Source of the DNA: Candidatus Poribacteria bacterium
GTDB taxonomy: Bacteria; Poribacteria; WGA-4E; WGA-3G
Direction: 5' to 3'
DNA: 64,000 nucleotides
Assembly (NCBI GenBank): GCA_963663765.2
Contig: CAXXUA010000006.1
Coordinates: forward strand, 416,001-480,000
The translations under genes were made by a program, and so were the position numbers. Of this stretch, positions 51,201-62,924 are shown in pieces. Below the pieces are notes generated by a model. That model saw nothing but the letters and a program-made list of their open reading frames with translations, did not search any database and was not told where the DNA came from. Numbering within the stretch: the stretch's first letter is position 1; every line of letters starts with the position of its first letter.

Positions 51201-53914
51201 GTTCTGTTGAAGAAGAGGTTGAGCCCGATACCAACATAGGTACTCCAATCGCTGCAACAGATGAGGATGGTGATACACTTACCTATTACATGACGGGTGA
51301 TGATGCCGATGCGTTCAGTATTGATGAGGAAATAGGACAGTTGAAAACAAAGGAGTCATTGGATTACGAGACGAAAAAGAGTTACGCTTTTTCTGTGTGG
51401 GTTACAGATGCAGACAATACAGAGGTGATTATTGTGACAGTGAAGGTTACGGATGTAGATGAGAACCGCGCACCTGTGTTTACAGATGGTGAGAGTATCA
51501 CCCGATCCATCATAGAAAACTCGCCTCCGGATACCAATATAGGTAATCCAATTTCTGCAACTGATATCAATGGAGATACGCTTACCTACACACTGAATGG
51601 TACAGACTCAGAATCCTTTACTATTGATAGTGCGACAGGCCAATTGAAAACAAAGAAAATACTGGATTTCGAGAGACAATCTTCTTATACGTTTACCATC
51701 ACTGTGAGCGATGGTAATGGGAAGACCGACTCTATCCGGGTCACGATCAACATTACGAATGACACAACGGATAATTCATACCCTACATTCACTGACGGTG
51801 ATAGTACATTGCGCTCCGTTCAAGAAAACTTATCTGTTGGTACAAATATCGGTGCAGCAGTCACCGCGACCGATGTAGATAGTCAGGATACTCTTATTTA
51901 CAGCATCAGTGGTACAAATGCAGCATTCTTTACTATTGATAGCAGCACAGGACAAATCAAAACTGCAAGACGTTTTGACTATGAGACGCAGGCATCCTAT
52001 TCTGTAACTGTTCATGTTAACGATGGCGTAGGTGGTAGCGATAGAATTAGCGTCACTATCAATGTTACAGATGAAGATCCCGAAGCAGAAAGATCAACAA
52101 CCTTTAACACGCCACCTGACTTCGGTATCGAGGACTTTAGAGGACGTTCTTTTAGAGGACGTTCTATAGATGAAAACAAATCAGCAGGTACAAATATTGG
52201 TATACCTGTTACTGCAACGGATGAGGAGAGCGATACACTTACTTATACGCTGAGTGGGGCAGATGCTGGAACATTTACAATTGTCAGCAGCACTGGACAA
52301 ATCAAAACAACTATCATCCATAACTTTGAAGTGAGGTCTGAATACAGAGTAGATGTCAACGTCTCAGATGGGAACGGTGGTACAGATTCCATTGAAGTAC
52401 GCATAAATGTAAATGATCTAATTGAAAATCCATTACTCCTCAATCGTAAAAGTGAAGTAATTGACTCGTTCCTGTACGCATTGAATAAGGCAGAGGCTAC
52501 TATTACGTCCGCGGATATCGCGGGTATTGCAGAAATAAACCTACACAGATCCGGTATCACAACGTTGAGCGCATCTGATTTGTCTGGACTCAACTCGATC
52601 ACCGAGCTCAGTCTTAGTGGTAATAACATAAGTAGCTTACCTGCGGATGTTTTCAATAATGTCACCACGTTGACAAACCTATTTATGGATGGCAGCCAAA
52701 TAACTTCATTGCCATCGGGTATCTTTGATAAACTCACCGCACTGGAATATCTCTATCTATCCTCTAATAAATTAACTTCATTGCCATCGGGTATCTTTGA
52801 TAAACTCACCGCACTGAGAAGGTTAGAAATTTCTAACACGTTCTCATCGTTACCTACCGGGGTCTTTGACAAACTGACGAGTCTGAGATACTTACAAATG
52901 AGTGCAGTTAGTAATAGTTTGTTCACTGCAACTATCTTTGATAAACTCACGAGTCTTTACCGTCTTAGTATGATCGGTGGCGACATAACTACTTTGCCAT
53001 CCGGGATCTTTGACAAACTTACATCCATGGTAGAATTGGAGATAATTCTTACCGATTTGAGCTCGTTACCAGAGGATATCTTTGACAAACTCACATCTTT
53101 GAGAAGACTACAACTTTATAGAAACAATTTAACTTCGTTGCCAGCCGGTATATTTGGAAACCTTACTGCGTTAGAAATTCTGGAACTTGATAATAACGAG
53201 TTGAGTTCTATACCAGATAATCTCTTTAAAGGGCTTACCCGACTGGAATTGGTTGATCTACGTAACAACACAGATAATCCGCTCCCGATACTTGTGATCC
53301 TTGAGAAGGTCGCAGATGGGCAGTTCAAAGTAAAAGTGCCTACCGGTGCCCCGATGAGTTTTTCCGTTGGGTTCAGCACCACGAATGGCAGTATTAGTGG
53401 TGGTACAACGAGTGTCACTATAGATGTTGGTAGTGTGGAAAGCAGCACGTTCACCGTCACCCGGACCGATGGCACAACTGGTGCTGTTACTGTAGATATT
53501 AGTAGTTTACCCAGTAAACCTTACAACGACTTTAATGATGGTTTCACTATCGTTAAAGAGGATAGTCTGCCGTTGACAGTAATTGGTGCTATCAGTAGTG
53601 CTCCATCACAACAGATACCTAATGAAACCTCACTCTTGGCGAACTATCCCAACCCGTTCAATCCTGATACGTGGATTCCTTACCGCCTTGCAAAACCTGC
53701 CGATGTGTCATTAACGATCTATGATGTGAGCGGTGTTGTTGTGCGAACGTTGAGGTTAGGACATAAACCTGCGGGTATCTATACGAGTAGGAGTCGTGCG
53801 ATCCATTGGGATGGTCGGAATGCGGGTGGTGAGAAAGTTGCGGGGGGTGTGTATTTTTATCAGTTCAAGGCAGGCGAATATTCTGCCCTGCGGAAAATGT
53901 TGATTGTGAAGTAG
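45260..53914 (+). CDS. Giant secreted LRR/cadherin-repeat surface protein 2 (2884 aa, 17 cadherin-like repeats)
   Basis: Same architecture as protein 1, with signal peptide, RBS and C-terminal RKMLIVK. Confidence 0.93.
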   Translation: MNRQCILSLIITLLLMIGLTAYSDITPVSDRTPEVRDAIVDAISGVDAAVDVTETHLAAITSLNLRNAGIPELKTGDLSGLSGLTSLNLYGNELNTLPDGIFEGLTALTTLRLGGNTVDRMPISVSLERVSDGQLKAVAPTGAPFAIVVPISATNGSIADNASSLSIAKGSTESSPVIITRSENTTVAVIANIGTLPSLPTNHYGYVLSKSSALPLEVASALETPLITEVLPPTETEDTPSENVTPVFTDGSITIRSIAENTESDTNIGRPISATDTQTLTYTLGGIDRTSFSINSDTGQLLTKASLDYETKRVYIVVVTSSDGVLTDTITVVISVIDISETTFVSTAALAVSDRTPAVRDAIVDAVSGVDSADDITAMHLASITSLNLRGAGITSLKTGDFSGLTALSSLNLYGNMLSRLPHGIFDGLTSLLSLRLGDNLFDPMPLTVSLQQVGTGQFRAVILTGAPFDVTLTIGNMMVTISKGSLTSENFTATGIPTISALPVLPATHFGYIIANSDVCSRTLQVSDAIVAALSDITDCRNVSDVHLAQITRLDLSGVFITSLAADDFAGLLSLTTLDLSDNQLINLPKRFFDGFLSLTALNLSGNTFDPLSINVMLEKVGTNQVKVVVPSGAPFEMTLPINVVNGGILGGTNTITLMQGSMESQPLTIIRAPNTFDFVTADISTMPNLPTNHAGYVFTNSNDTPLQIFEQINVAPVFTDDTTATRSIAENTEAGTDIGTPISATDVNNDTLTYSLGGSDVTCFDIDSTTGQLKTKEALDYETKTSYSVVITVSDGSLTDTIDVTINITDVDEAPPKEDEVVVIPNDDEVVVLPDDYDEVVVEDTPPQNNAPMFTDGNSTTRSIAENTTSGANIGNSVSATDADRDTLTYTLDGTDASAFTINRTNGQLQTSAALDFEAKNSYSVTITVSDGKDGTDSISVTINITNVNEDIPNNDPVFTDGSNAIRSIAENTGSGVDIDTPVSATDADDGNTLSYSLGGTDAAAFSIDSTSGQLRTSAALDYETKNTYSITISVSDGNGGSDTISVTINITNVDETPTNSAPEFAEGVSTSRSVAENTGSGVDIGSAVSATDVDGDTLTYTLGGTDASSFSLDSSSGQLRTSASLDYETKTSYSVVLTVSDENGGSDSLRVTINITNIDEAPANNSPVFTSDSTTRTIAENTVVDTNIGAAITATDADDDTLTYGLTGTDAASFSIVSRTGQLKTKAVLNHEVKDSYSLIVTVSDGQGGSDSISITINVLDVNESPSFSGESTTRSIAENTTLNTNIGAAVIATDPDDGTTLTYTLGGTDAAVFSIDSKTGQLKTKGDLDFETKKTYSVTIAVSDGNLSDMITVTINVTDLDETPSNNPPVFTDGETTTRSVAENTATGTDIGNPIAVTDADQNTLAYAMSGDDASTFSINLNTGQLKTSAVLNYEVKKVYEVSVTVNDGSGTDSIVVTINVTDVNEAPVFEDDSVTHTIAENTAANTNIGSAITITDPDGDNLTYTLGGTDAASFNIGSTNGQLRTKDALDYETKRTYSVTVTASDGKLSDSITVTINVTDVDENNAPAFASASTTRSVAENTGSGVNIGNAVSASDPDNDDLTYTLGGTDAASFNIGSTNGQLRTKDALDYETKRTYSVTVTASDGKLSDSITVTINVTDVDENNAPAFASASTTRSVAENTGSGVNIGSVITATDPDNDDLTYTLGGTDAASFNIGSINGQLRTKDALDYETKRTYSVTVTASDGKLSDSITVTINVNDVDENRSPAFASASTTRSVAENTGSGVNIGNAVSATDPDNDDLTYTLGGTDAASFNIGSTNGQLRTKDALDYETKRTYSVTVTASDGKLSDSITVTINVTDVDENNAPAFASASTTRSVAENTATNTDIGHVVSATDEDDDTLTYTLGGTNASSFNIVSSSGQLKTKAALNYENKNSYSVTVSVSDGGGGTDSINVSINISDVNDPPKFTDGNSTSRSVEEEVEPDTNIGTPIAATDEDGDTLTYYMTGDDADAFSIDEEIGQLKTKESLDYETKKSYAFSVWVTDADNTEVIIVTVKVTDVDENRAPVFTDGESITRSIIENSPPDTNIGNPISATDINGDTLTYTLNGTDSESFTIDSATGQLKTKKILDFERQSSYTFTITVSDGNGKTDSIRVTINITNDTTDNSYPTFTDGDSTLRSVQENLSVGTNIGAAVTATDVDSQDTLIYSISGTNAAFFTIDSSTGQIKTARRFDYETQASYSVTVHVNDGVGGSDRISVTINVTDEDPEAERSTTFNTPPDFGIEDFRGRSFRGRSIDENKSAGTNIGIPVTATDEESDTLTYTLSGADAGTFTIVSSTGQIKTTIIHNFEVRSEYRVDVNVSDGNGGTDSIEVRINVNDLIENPLLLNRKSEVIDSFLYALNKAEATITSADIAGIAEINLHRSGITTLSASDLSGLNSITELSLSGNNISSLPADVFNNVTTLTNLFMDGSQITSLPSGIFDKLTALEYLYLSSNKLTSLPSGIFDKLTALRRLEISNTFSSLPTGVFDKLTSLRYLQMSAVSNSLFTATIFDKLTSLYRLSMIGGDITTLPSGIFDKLTSMVELEIILTDLSSLPEDIFDKLTSLRRLQLYRNNLTSLPAGIFGNLTALEILELDNNELSSIPDNLFKGLTRLELVDLRNNTDNPLPILVILEKVADGQFKVKVPTGAPMSFSVGFSTTNGSISGGTTSVTIDVGSVESSTFTVTRTDGTTGAVTVDISSLPSKPYNDFNDGFTIVKEDSLPLTVIGAISSAPSQQIPNETSLLANYPNPFNPDTWIPYRLAKPADVSLTIYDVSGVVVRTLRLGHKPAGIYTSRSRAIHWDGRNAGGEKVAGGVYFYQFKAGEYSALRKMLIVK

Positions 53915-56900
53915 TGTGATACCCCACCAACTAATAAAATAAGGAGAAGTTTTGTGAAAACAAGTTCTATAAATCGTAAATGTGTCCAATTTATTGCTAT
54001 AGTGATTTTGTTAATGGTTGCAGTAGCATCTTATGGAGACATCACACCCGTATCAGACCGCACACCTGAAGTGCGTGACGCAATCGTGGCAGCAATATCA
54101 GATGTAGACAACGCAGCAGACGTAACCGAAGCACATCTCGCTACAATAATAGGTCTCAATCTCAGGAATAAAGGTATAACTGAACTAAAATCCGGTGACT
54201 TTTCGGGACTTACCAGCCTAACAAACCTAAATCTTTTCAATAACCGACTCAGTAGTCTACCCGATAACATCTTTAATGGACTGGCTGCCTTGACAACTCT
54301 CCGCTTAGGGAGCAACACCGTTGATCCGATGCCGATAACAGTATCCCTGGAGAAAGTCGGAACAGATCAGTTCAAAGCAGTTGCCCCCACAGGCGCGCCG
54401 TTTGCGGTTGTAGTGCCAATTTCGGCAACCAACGGCAGTATTGCAGATAGTGCGACATCCCTTACAATTGCTAAGGGTAGCACAGAAAGCAGTGCCATTA
54501 CGATAACACGCACCGCTAACTCAACCGAAGCCGTAACAGCAGACATCGGAACACTGCCCAGTTTGCCAATACATCATTACGGCTATGTGTTTAGTAAATC
54601 TGCTAATCTGCCACTGGAAGTTATATCGGGGTTAGAAACCCCTCCAACAACAGAGGTAACGCCTCCCGAAATAGAGGTACCGCCTCCCACAACGGAGCCA
54701 GAGGAAACACCATCTGCAAACGCTGCTCCAACCTTTACAGATGGCAGTTCAGTAGTCCGCACCATCGCAGAAAACACGGCAGCAAACTCGATTATCGGCA
54801 CCCCTGTTTCTGCGACAGATGCTGACAACGACACATTGACATACACACTCGGTGGTATAGACGCAGCATCATTTGCTATTGACAGTACGACAGGACAACT
54901 CAAGACAAAAGCAGCATTAGACTATGAAATGAGACGTGTTTATGTTGTGTCTGTCTCTGTCTCCGATGACGCACAAACAGCCACAATTTCAGTTATTATT
55001 AGCGTTATTGATATAGCAGATACTCCGCTCGTTTCAACGATGCTACCTGTGAGTGAACGCACAGAACAAGTGAAGAATGCAATTGTAGCAGCCGTGTCCG
55101 GTGTGGATTCTGCAGATGCTATAACCGCAACACATCTATCCACAATCACAAGTCTCAATCTACTCCGTGCAGGTATAACCGCACTCAAAACAGGCGATTT
55201 TGCGGGACTCACCGCCCTCACAAGTCTCAATCTTTACGGCAATATGCTCAACGGTTTGCCGGTGCGTATATTTGAAGAATTAACCGCGCTCACAAGTCTA
55301 CGATTAGGCGGCAATGTGCTTGATCCGATGCCTTTGATAGTGTCGGTGCAGCAGGTTAGTGCAGGACAATTCAGAGCAGTGGTACCGACAGGTGCCCCTT
55401 TTGATGTCAATCTACTTGTCAACGGCAGCACCATCACAATACCGAAGGGGAGCATAGCAAGTGCAGCCTTTACATCAGTATCCGCAAACGTGAGTATCGG
55501 TGAATTGCCGTCACTACCCCCGAATCATTTTGGATATGTCCTCGCTAAATCTTCCATTTGTAGCCGCACACAACAAGTGTCAGATGCGATCACCGCAGCA
55601 GTCCCGAACATAACCGATTGTCGGAATGTGAGCGATGTTCAGCTCGCTGCTATCACAAGTCTTGACCTCAGTGGTATGTCAATAGCATCACTGGATGCGC
55701 GCGACTTCGCAGGGATGTTGAGCCTCACAACGCTCAATTTGAGTAACAACCAGCTGACAAGTCTACCCGATGGTATTATTGCGGGATTGACAAATTTGGA
55801 AGCCCTCAACTTAAGTGGCAATACCGCATCACCTATTCGCTTTTCTGTTTCTCTACAGAAGGTCGGTAGCAATATGGTCAAAGCGTTTGTGCCGACAGGT
55901 GCACCTTTTGATATGCGTTTGCCTATCATAGTCGTGAACGGCAGTACGAGCGGTAGCAGTGAGCTAATTGTGCAAAAGGGTATGACAGAAAGCGAAGCAC
56001 TTCTCGTAACACGCGCAAGCAACACAGGTACAGTTACAGCCGATATTGGCACACTGCCGAACCTACCATCGTTGAACTCAGGGTATGCCCTCACCAAAAC
56101 TAACACACAACCGCTTGAGATCTTTAGTGAAATAAACGTTGCGCCTGTATTCACAGAAGGCACGGCAGCGAACCGCAGCATTGCAGAGAACACCGATGCT
56201 GGCACAAATATAGGTAATCCCGTTACAGCAACAGATGCAAACAATGATACACTCACCTATACCCTGGGGGGTACTGATGCAATTGGGTTTGATATTGATA
56301 GCACATCAGGACAACTCAAAACGAAGTCCATGTTGGACTATGTAACGAAGACATCTTACTCGGTAACTATCACTGTCACTGATGGCAGTTTGACCGATAC
56401 AATCGCAGCCACCATCACAGTTACAGATGTGGACGAGGCACCGCCGAAAGAGGATGAGGATGAGGTCGTTGTTATACCTGATGACGAGGATGATGAGGTC
56501 GTTGTTATACCCGATGACGAGGATGAGGTCATTGTTACACCCCCACAAAATAGCGCACCGACCTTCATAGATGGGAACAGCACAACCCGTTCCGTAGCAG
56601 AAAATACCGAAAGCGGTCAAAATATCGGCAGTCCGGTTTCCGCGACAGATGCAGATGAAGATACACTCACCTACACACTGAGCGGAACGGACGCCGTCGC
56701 GTTTAGCATTGATAGCGGTTCAGGGCAGCTGCAAACCAGTGCAGCAATTGACTATGAAACAAAAACCTTTTTTTCAGTTACTATTACTGTGTCTGATGGT
56801 AGTCTTTCAGATAGCATCAGCGTTACTATCAATGTCACCAATATTGACGAAACAACACCGAACAATGCGCCTGTCTTTAACGATGGAAATAGCACAACCC

Positions 56901-59900
56901 GATCAGTCGCAGAGAACACAGCAGCAAATACAAACATCGGTTCTGCAGTGTCTGCGACCGATGCAGATGAAGATACGTTAACCTACAGTCTTGATGGCAC
57001 CGATGCGAGTGTGTTTAGTATTGATAGCAGTTCAGGCCTATTAATAACCAATGCTGCACTTGATTATGAAACAAAAGATTCCTATTCTCTCACCATCACA
57101 GTCTCAGATGATAATGGCGGTACCGATTCTATTTCCGTCACGATCAATATTACCGATGTAAATGAAGACATTCCAAACAATGAACCTGTATTTACCGAGG
57201 GTGGTAGTGCCATCCGTTCTATTGCAGAGAATACAGGTTCTGGTGTGGATATCGGCACTCCAGTTTCCGCGACGGATGCAGATGGCGATACGCTTACCTA
57301 TTCTCTTGAAGCGGGGGATACATCTGCATTCAGCATAGATAGTTCCTCTGGTCAATTGCGAACCGATGCATCCTTAGATTATGAGACGAAGGACACCTAT
57401 TCCGTCACGGTCTCTGTTTCCGATGCTAATGGTGGCAGTGATTCTATATCGGTCACGATAAACATTACGAATGTAGACGAAACCCCCACAAACAACGCAC
57501 CTGAGTTCACTGAGGGCGATAGCACGAGTCGTTCTGTTGATGAAAACACAAGAACCGGTGTAGACATCGGTTCTGCAGTATCATCTACAGATGCAGATGA
57601 CGATACCCTCACTTACACACTCGGTGGCACAGATGCCGCCTCCTTTAGTATTAATAGTAGTTCCGGGCAATTGCGAACCAGTGCATCCTTAGACTATGAG
57701 ATAAAAACTTCCTATTCTGTGATCATGACGGTGTCTGATGAAAATGGGGGAAGTGATAGTATCAGCATACTTATCAATGTTATAGATGTAGATGAAACGC
57801 CTGTTAACAATCCACCAGTATTTGCTTCAGACAGTATTACACGTTCGGTTAATGAAAACAGTGAGACAGCCACAAATATCGGTAGTCTTATAACAGCAAC
57901 CGATGCGGATAACGATACGTTGACTTATGGACTGATAGGAACGGACGCTGCGTCGTTTGATATTGACAGTAACACGGGTCAGCTCAAAACGAAGGCATCC
58001 CTTAACCACGAAACAAAGGGTTCCTATTCAGTCATCGTTACCGTGTCTGATGGGAAAGGTGGGAGTGACAGCATAAGTGTCACCATCAACGTCACTGATC
58101 TGAATGAAGCACCTATGTTTGCTGCGGGTAGCACTACACGTGTCATCGCTGAAAACACAGCACCGAATACAAACATCGGGGCAGCTGTTGTCGCAACCGA
58201 TCCAGATGATGGCGCGACCCTTACATACACACTCGGTGGCACGAACGGCGCATCGTTTAGTATTGATAGCAAAACCGGACAGTTGAAAACGCAGGACGAG
58301 TTGGACTTTGAAACCAAAAACACTTATTCGGTGACGATTGCTGTCTCCGATGGAAGTCTTACGGATACTATTAGCGTAACGATTAACCTCACAAATCTTG
58401 ATGAAACACCTTCTAACAATCCACCCGTGTTCACGGATGGTGAAACCACAACACGTTCCGTTGCAGAAAACACAGCAACAGGCACAAACATCGGTAAACC
58501 TATTGCTGCGACCGATGCTGACCAAAACACACTCGCTTATGCGTTGAGTGGAGACGATGCGGCTGCGTTTAGTATTGACCTCAACACAGGGCAACTGAAA
58601 ACCAACACAGCACTGAATTATGAGGTGAAAAATGTCTATAAGGTGACTGTTACTGTCAATGACGGTGGCGACAGAGACACCATCACGTTGACTATCAACG
58701 TCACAGATGTCAACGAAGCACCTGCTTTTGCTGATGATAGCAAAACGTATACTGTTGCAGAAAACACCGTGGCGAATACGAACCTCGGCAGTCCCATCAC
58801 GGCAACCGACCCAGATGGTGATGACCTGACATACACGGTCGGTGGTGATGATGCGGTGTCATTTGATATTGATGAAAACACGGGACAACTCAAAACAAAG
58901 GCAGCGTTGGATTATGAGACGAAATCATCATACGCTGTAAATATAATCGCTACCGACGGCAATCTTGAAGATAGTATTTCAGTTACCATAAAGGTTACCG
59001 ATATTGACGAGAACCGTGCACCCGCGTTCACAGATGGCGATGAGACGGTGCGGTCTGTCGCCGAAAATACGGGGTCGGGTGTGAATATAGGCGATGCTGT
59101 CTCTGCTACGGATCCAGATGATGAGGATTTGACATATACGGTTGGTGGTACAGATGCTGCCTCGTTCAACATCAATAGCACAAATGGGCAGCTCCGCACA
59201 AAAGACGCGCTGGACTATGAAACCAAAAGATCGTATTCAGTAACAATCACTGTTTCCGATGGCAAGAAAACCGATTCTATTGCTGTCACGATTAATATCA
59301 CCAATGTAGACGAAAACCGCGCACCCGCATTCGCAAGTGCAAGCACAACGCGGTCTATCGCTGAAACTACGGGGTCGGGCGTGAATATAGGCGATGCTGT
59401 CTCTGCTACGGATCCAGATGATGACGCTTTGACATACACACTCGATGGCACAGATGCAAGTTCGTTCAACATCAATAGCACAAATGGGCAGCTCCGCACA
59501 AAAGATGCGTTAGACTTTGAAGACAAACCTTCTTATACCGTCACCATCACTGCATCTGATGGAAAACTAACAGATAGTATCACGGTGTCAATCAAAGTTA
59601 CGGATGTAGATGAGAACCGCGCACCTGCGTTTGCCAGTGCAAGCACGACCCGGTCTGTTCCAGAAAACACTGCTGCGAATACGAATATCGGTGATGCTGT
59701 CTCTGCGACTGACCCAGATGATGACGCTTTGACATATACGCTTGGTGGCACAGACGCTGCATCATTTGACATTGTAAGCACAAGTGGACAACTCAAAACA
59801 AAATCTGCGTTGGATTATGAGACAAATGCCTCTTATACAGTGACCATCTCTGTTTCCGATGGCAAAGAGAGCGACTCAATCAGCGTCACTATCAATATCA

Positions 59901-61609
59901 CCAATGTAGATGAGAACCGCGCACCTGTATTCACAGATGGTGATAGCACAACCCGGTCTATCGCAGAAAACACTGCTGCGAATACGAATATCGGTGATGC
60001 TGCCTCTGCGACTGACCCAGATGATGACAATTTGACATATACGCTTGGTGGCACGGACGCTGCATCATTTGACATTGGTAGCACAAGTGGACAACTCAAA
60101 ACAAAATCTGCGTTGGATTATGAGACAAATGCCTCTTATACCGTCACCATTACTGCTTCTGATGGAAATCTATCAGATAGTATCACGGTGACAATCAACG
60201 TTACGAATGTAGATGAGAACCGCGCACCTGTATTCACAGATGGCAACAGCACGACCCGGTCTATCGCAGAAAACACTGCTGCGAATACGAATATCGGTGA
60301 TGCTGTCTCTGCGACTGACCCAGATGATGACACCTTGACATATACGCTTGAGGGCACGGATGCTGCATCATTTGACATTGTAAGCACAAGTGGACAACTC
60401 AAAACAAAATCTGCGTTGGATTATGAGACAAATGCCTCTTATACCGTCACCATTACTGCTTCTGATGGAAATCTATCAGATAGTATCACGGTGACAATCA
60501 ACGTTACGAATGTAGATGAGAACCGCGCACCTGTATTCACAGATGGCAACAGCACGACCCGGTCTGTCGCAGAAAATACGGATGCTGGTACAAACATCGG
60601 CACGCCAGTAGCTGCTACGGATGCAGAAAATGACGATTTGACATACACACTCGGTGGCACAAATGCTGCATCATTTGACATTGTAAGCACAAGTGGACAA
60701 CTCAAAACAAAATCTGCGTTGGATTATGAGACAAATGCCTCTTATACGGTAACCGTTTCAGTATCCGATAGCAAGAGTGGTACAGATAGCATCACCGTCA
60801 CAATCAACATAACGGATGACACGACAGAGAATAACGCACCCGTGTTCACCGATGGCACCAGCGCGACGCGTTCCATCGCAGAAAATACGGACGCTGGCAC
60901 AAACATCGGCGCGCCAGTAGCTGCTACAGATGCAGATGACGATACCCTAACCTACAGTATCGGTGGCACGGATGCAGCAGCATTCTCACTGGCAAGCACC
61001 ACTGGGCAGCTGAAAACCGTCGCACCACTCGATTATGAAAATAAGGACTCTTATTCTGTTACAATCACCGTCACCGATGGCAGAGATGGTTATGATTCTA
61101 TTGGCGTCACGATCAATATCAGCAACATTCACCCTGAAATTTCTGAACAAGGTGCTGTGAACAATGCACCTATGTTTGACGATGGTGAAAGCACTACGCG
61201 GTCGGTTGAAGAGGGCACTGCTACCGGTACAAATATCGGGGATGCCATTTCCGCAACAGATGCAGATACTTCAGATACACTCACATACACACTCAGCGGC
61301 ACGGACGCAGCATCGTTCACCATTGTTAGCACAACCGGACAACTCCGCACAAGTGCAGCACTGGATTATGACACGAATAATTCGTATTCGGTGACGGTCA
61401 CCGTCTATGATGGTGAGGGTGGCACAGATACGATCTCTGTCACGATCAATGTTACCGAAATAGGTGCAAACAACGCGCCAGTGTTTACCGATGGCGAAAC
61501 AACTACACGGTCAGTTAATGAGGGGCAGAACAGAAAAACCGTAGTTGGTAGTCAAATTGCTGCAACTGATGCGGACGATGATACGCTCACCTATACAATC
61601 GTTATTGAA

Positions 61610-62924
61610 CAGGGTTATTTAGTTTTAGGAGTTTTGGTTGTTTTTTATCACAATCGTTAATATTTTTGGATATGCAGATATAGCGTGATTTATCGTGCTA
61701 TATCTGCTATACTTCACCTAAAAAATCTTACCTTTGAGGTGAAAAATGCCAGAGAAAAACTCTCGACACTTGTTAGATAGATTAGCAGAAATCCAAGACC
61801 CGCGCAACAATAAAGGAAAACGACACCCATTGAAATCAATCATCGGACTTAACATTATTGGTTTTATGACTGGACATAAAGGATATACATCCATCGCAAC
61901 TTGGGCCCGAACCCAACCAGACCTCGCAAGAACACTCGGTTTTACACACAAGAAAACACCTTGTCCCGCAACAATACATAATGTTCTAAAAGATTTAGAT
62001 GCTGATGCTGTTGAAAAGACATTTACAGACTGGGTAGAAGACGTTTGTCAAAGTCGACCTGATTTAGAAGGTTGTCTTGACGCAGTCGCTATAGACGGTA
62101 AAACGATGCGTGCCAGTAAGAAAAGTGGTGCGACAATAAGCCATTTACTCTCTGTTGTGTCTCATGAGTTAGGCGTCACACTTACACAAAAAGGTGTCAG
62201 TGATAAAACCAACGAAATACCGATCTCAACAGAGATCCTCAAAAACTTTGATGTGAGTGGTAAAGTCATCACAACAGACGCACTTTTGACACAGCGACCA
62301 TTCTGCCACGCCATCATAGAGGGTAATGGAGACTATGTGCTCCCTGTCAAAAAGAACCAACCGGACCTTTACGATGAGATCCAAAAACTCTTTCAAGACG
62401 TTCCAGACACGCTTTCTGATAACACACCACATCCTAAATTGGGAGCCCCTATTTACACTCACGAGACTTCTGAAAAATCACATGGTAGAATAGAGACAAG
62501 GTGTTTGAAAGCAAGCACAAGTCTCAACGCATATCTGGATTGGCCAGGTATAGCACAAGTGTTCCAATATCGTTATACTTACAAAAATACGAAAACAGGA
62601 GAAGAAAAAACCAAAATCCATTATGGTATTACAAGTCTGACACCCGAAGAAACTTCTGCCCAACGTTTACTTGAGCTACGCCGTGGGCATTGGTCAATAG
62701 AGAACAAGTCGCATTGGATGCGTGATACACAACTTGGAGAAGACGCATCGTCTGTCCGATGCGGTGCTATTCCACAAATCATGGCTGCTTTGCGAAATAC
62801 AGCATTAGCAGTGTTGCGATTTGCTGGGATAACGCGTATAGCAGATGAGATAAAATACTTAGCTTCAAAACCTAAACTCGCAGTTAACTTGATAACTGAG
62901 AGTTTTTAAAACTAAATAACCCTG
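61610..62924 (+). mobile_element. Intact ISAs1-family insertion sequence
   Basis: TIR CAGGGTTATTTAGTTTT at both ends. 9-bp TSD GTTATTGAA at 61601-61609 and 62925-62933. Confidence 0.97.
61746..62909 (+). CDS. ISAs1-family (H-repeat-associated) transposase
   Basis: DPR...GKRHPL; AIDGK; KTNEI; TTDALLTQ; VKKNQ; HGRIETR; RGHWSIEN..HW.RD...ED. Confidence 0.97.
   Translation: MPEKNSRHLLDRLAEIQDPRNNKGKRHPLKSIIGLNIIGFMTGHKGYTSIATWARTQPDLARTLGFTHKKTPCPATIHNVLKDLDADAVEKTFTDWVEDVCQSRPDLEGCLDAVAIDGKTMRASKKSGATISHLLSVVSHELGVTLTQKGVSDKTNEIPISTEILKNFDVSGKVITTDALLTQRPFCHAIIEGNGDYVLPVKKNQPDLYDEIQKLFQDVPDTLSDNTPHPKLGAPIYTHETSEKSHGRIETRCLKASTSLNAYLDWPGIAQVFQYRYTYKNTKTGEEKTKIHYGITSLTPEETSAQRLLELRRGHWSIENKSHWMRDTQLGEDASSVRCGAIPQIMAALRNTALAVLRFAGITRIADEIKYLASKPKLAVNLITESF

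Noticed and set aside
36338-61394. Numerous antisense and alternate-frame ORFs over the giant genes (and over other long CDSs)
   Set aside because: Shadow ORFs caused by repetitive codon usage.
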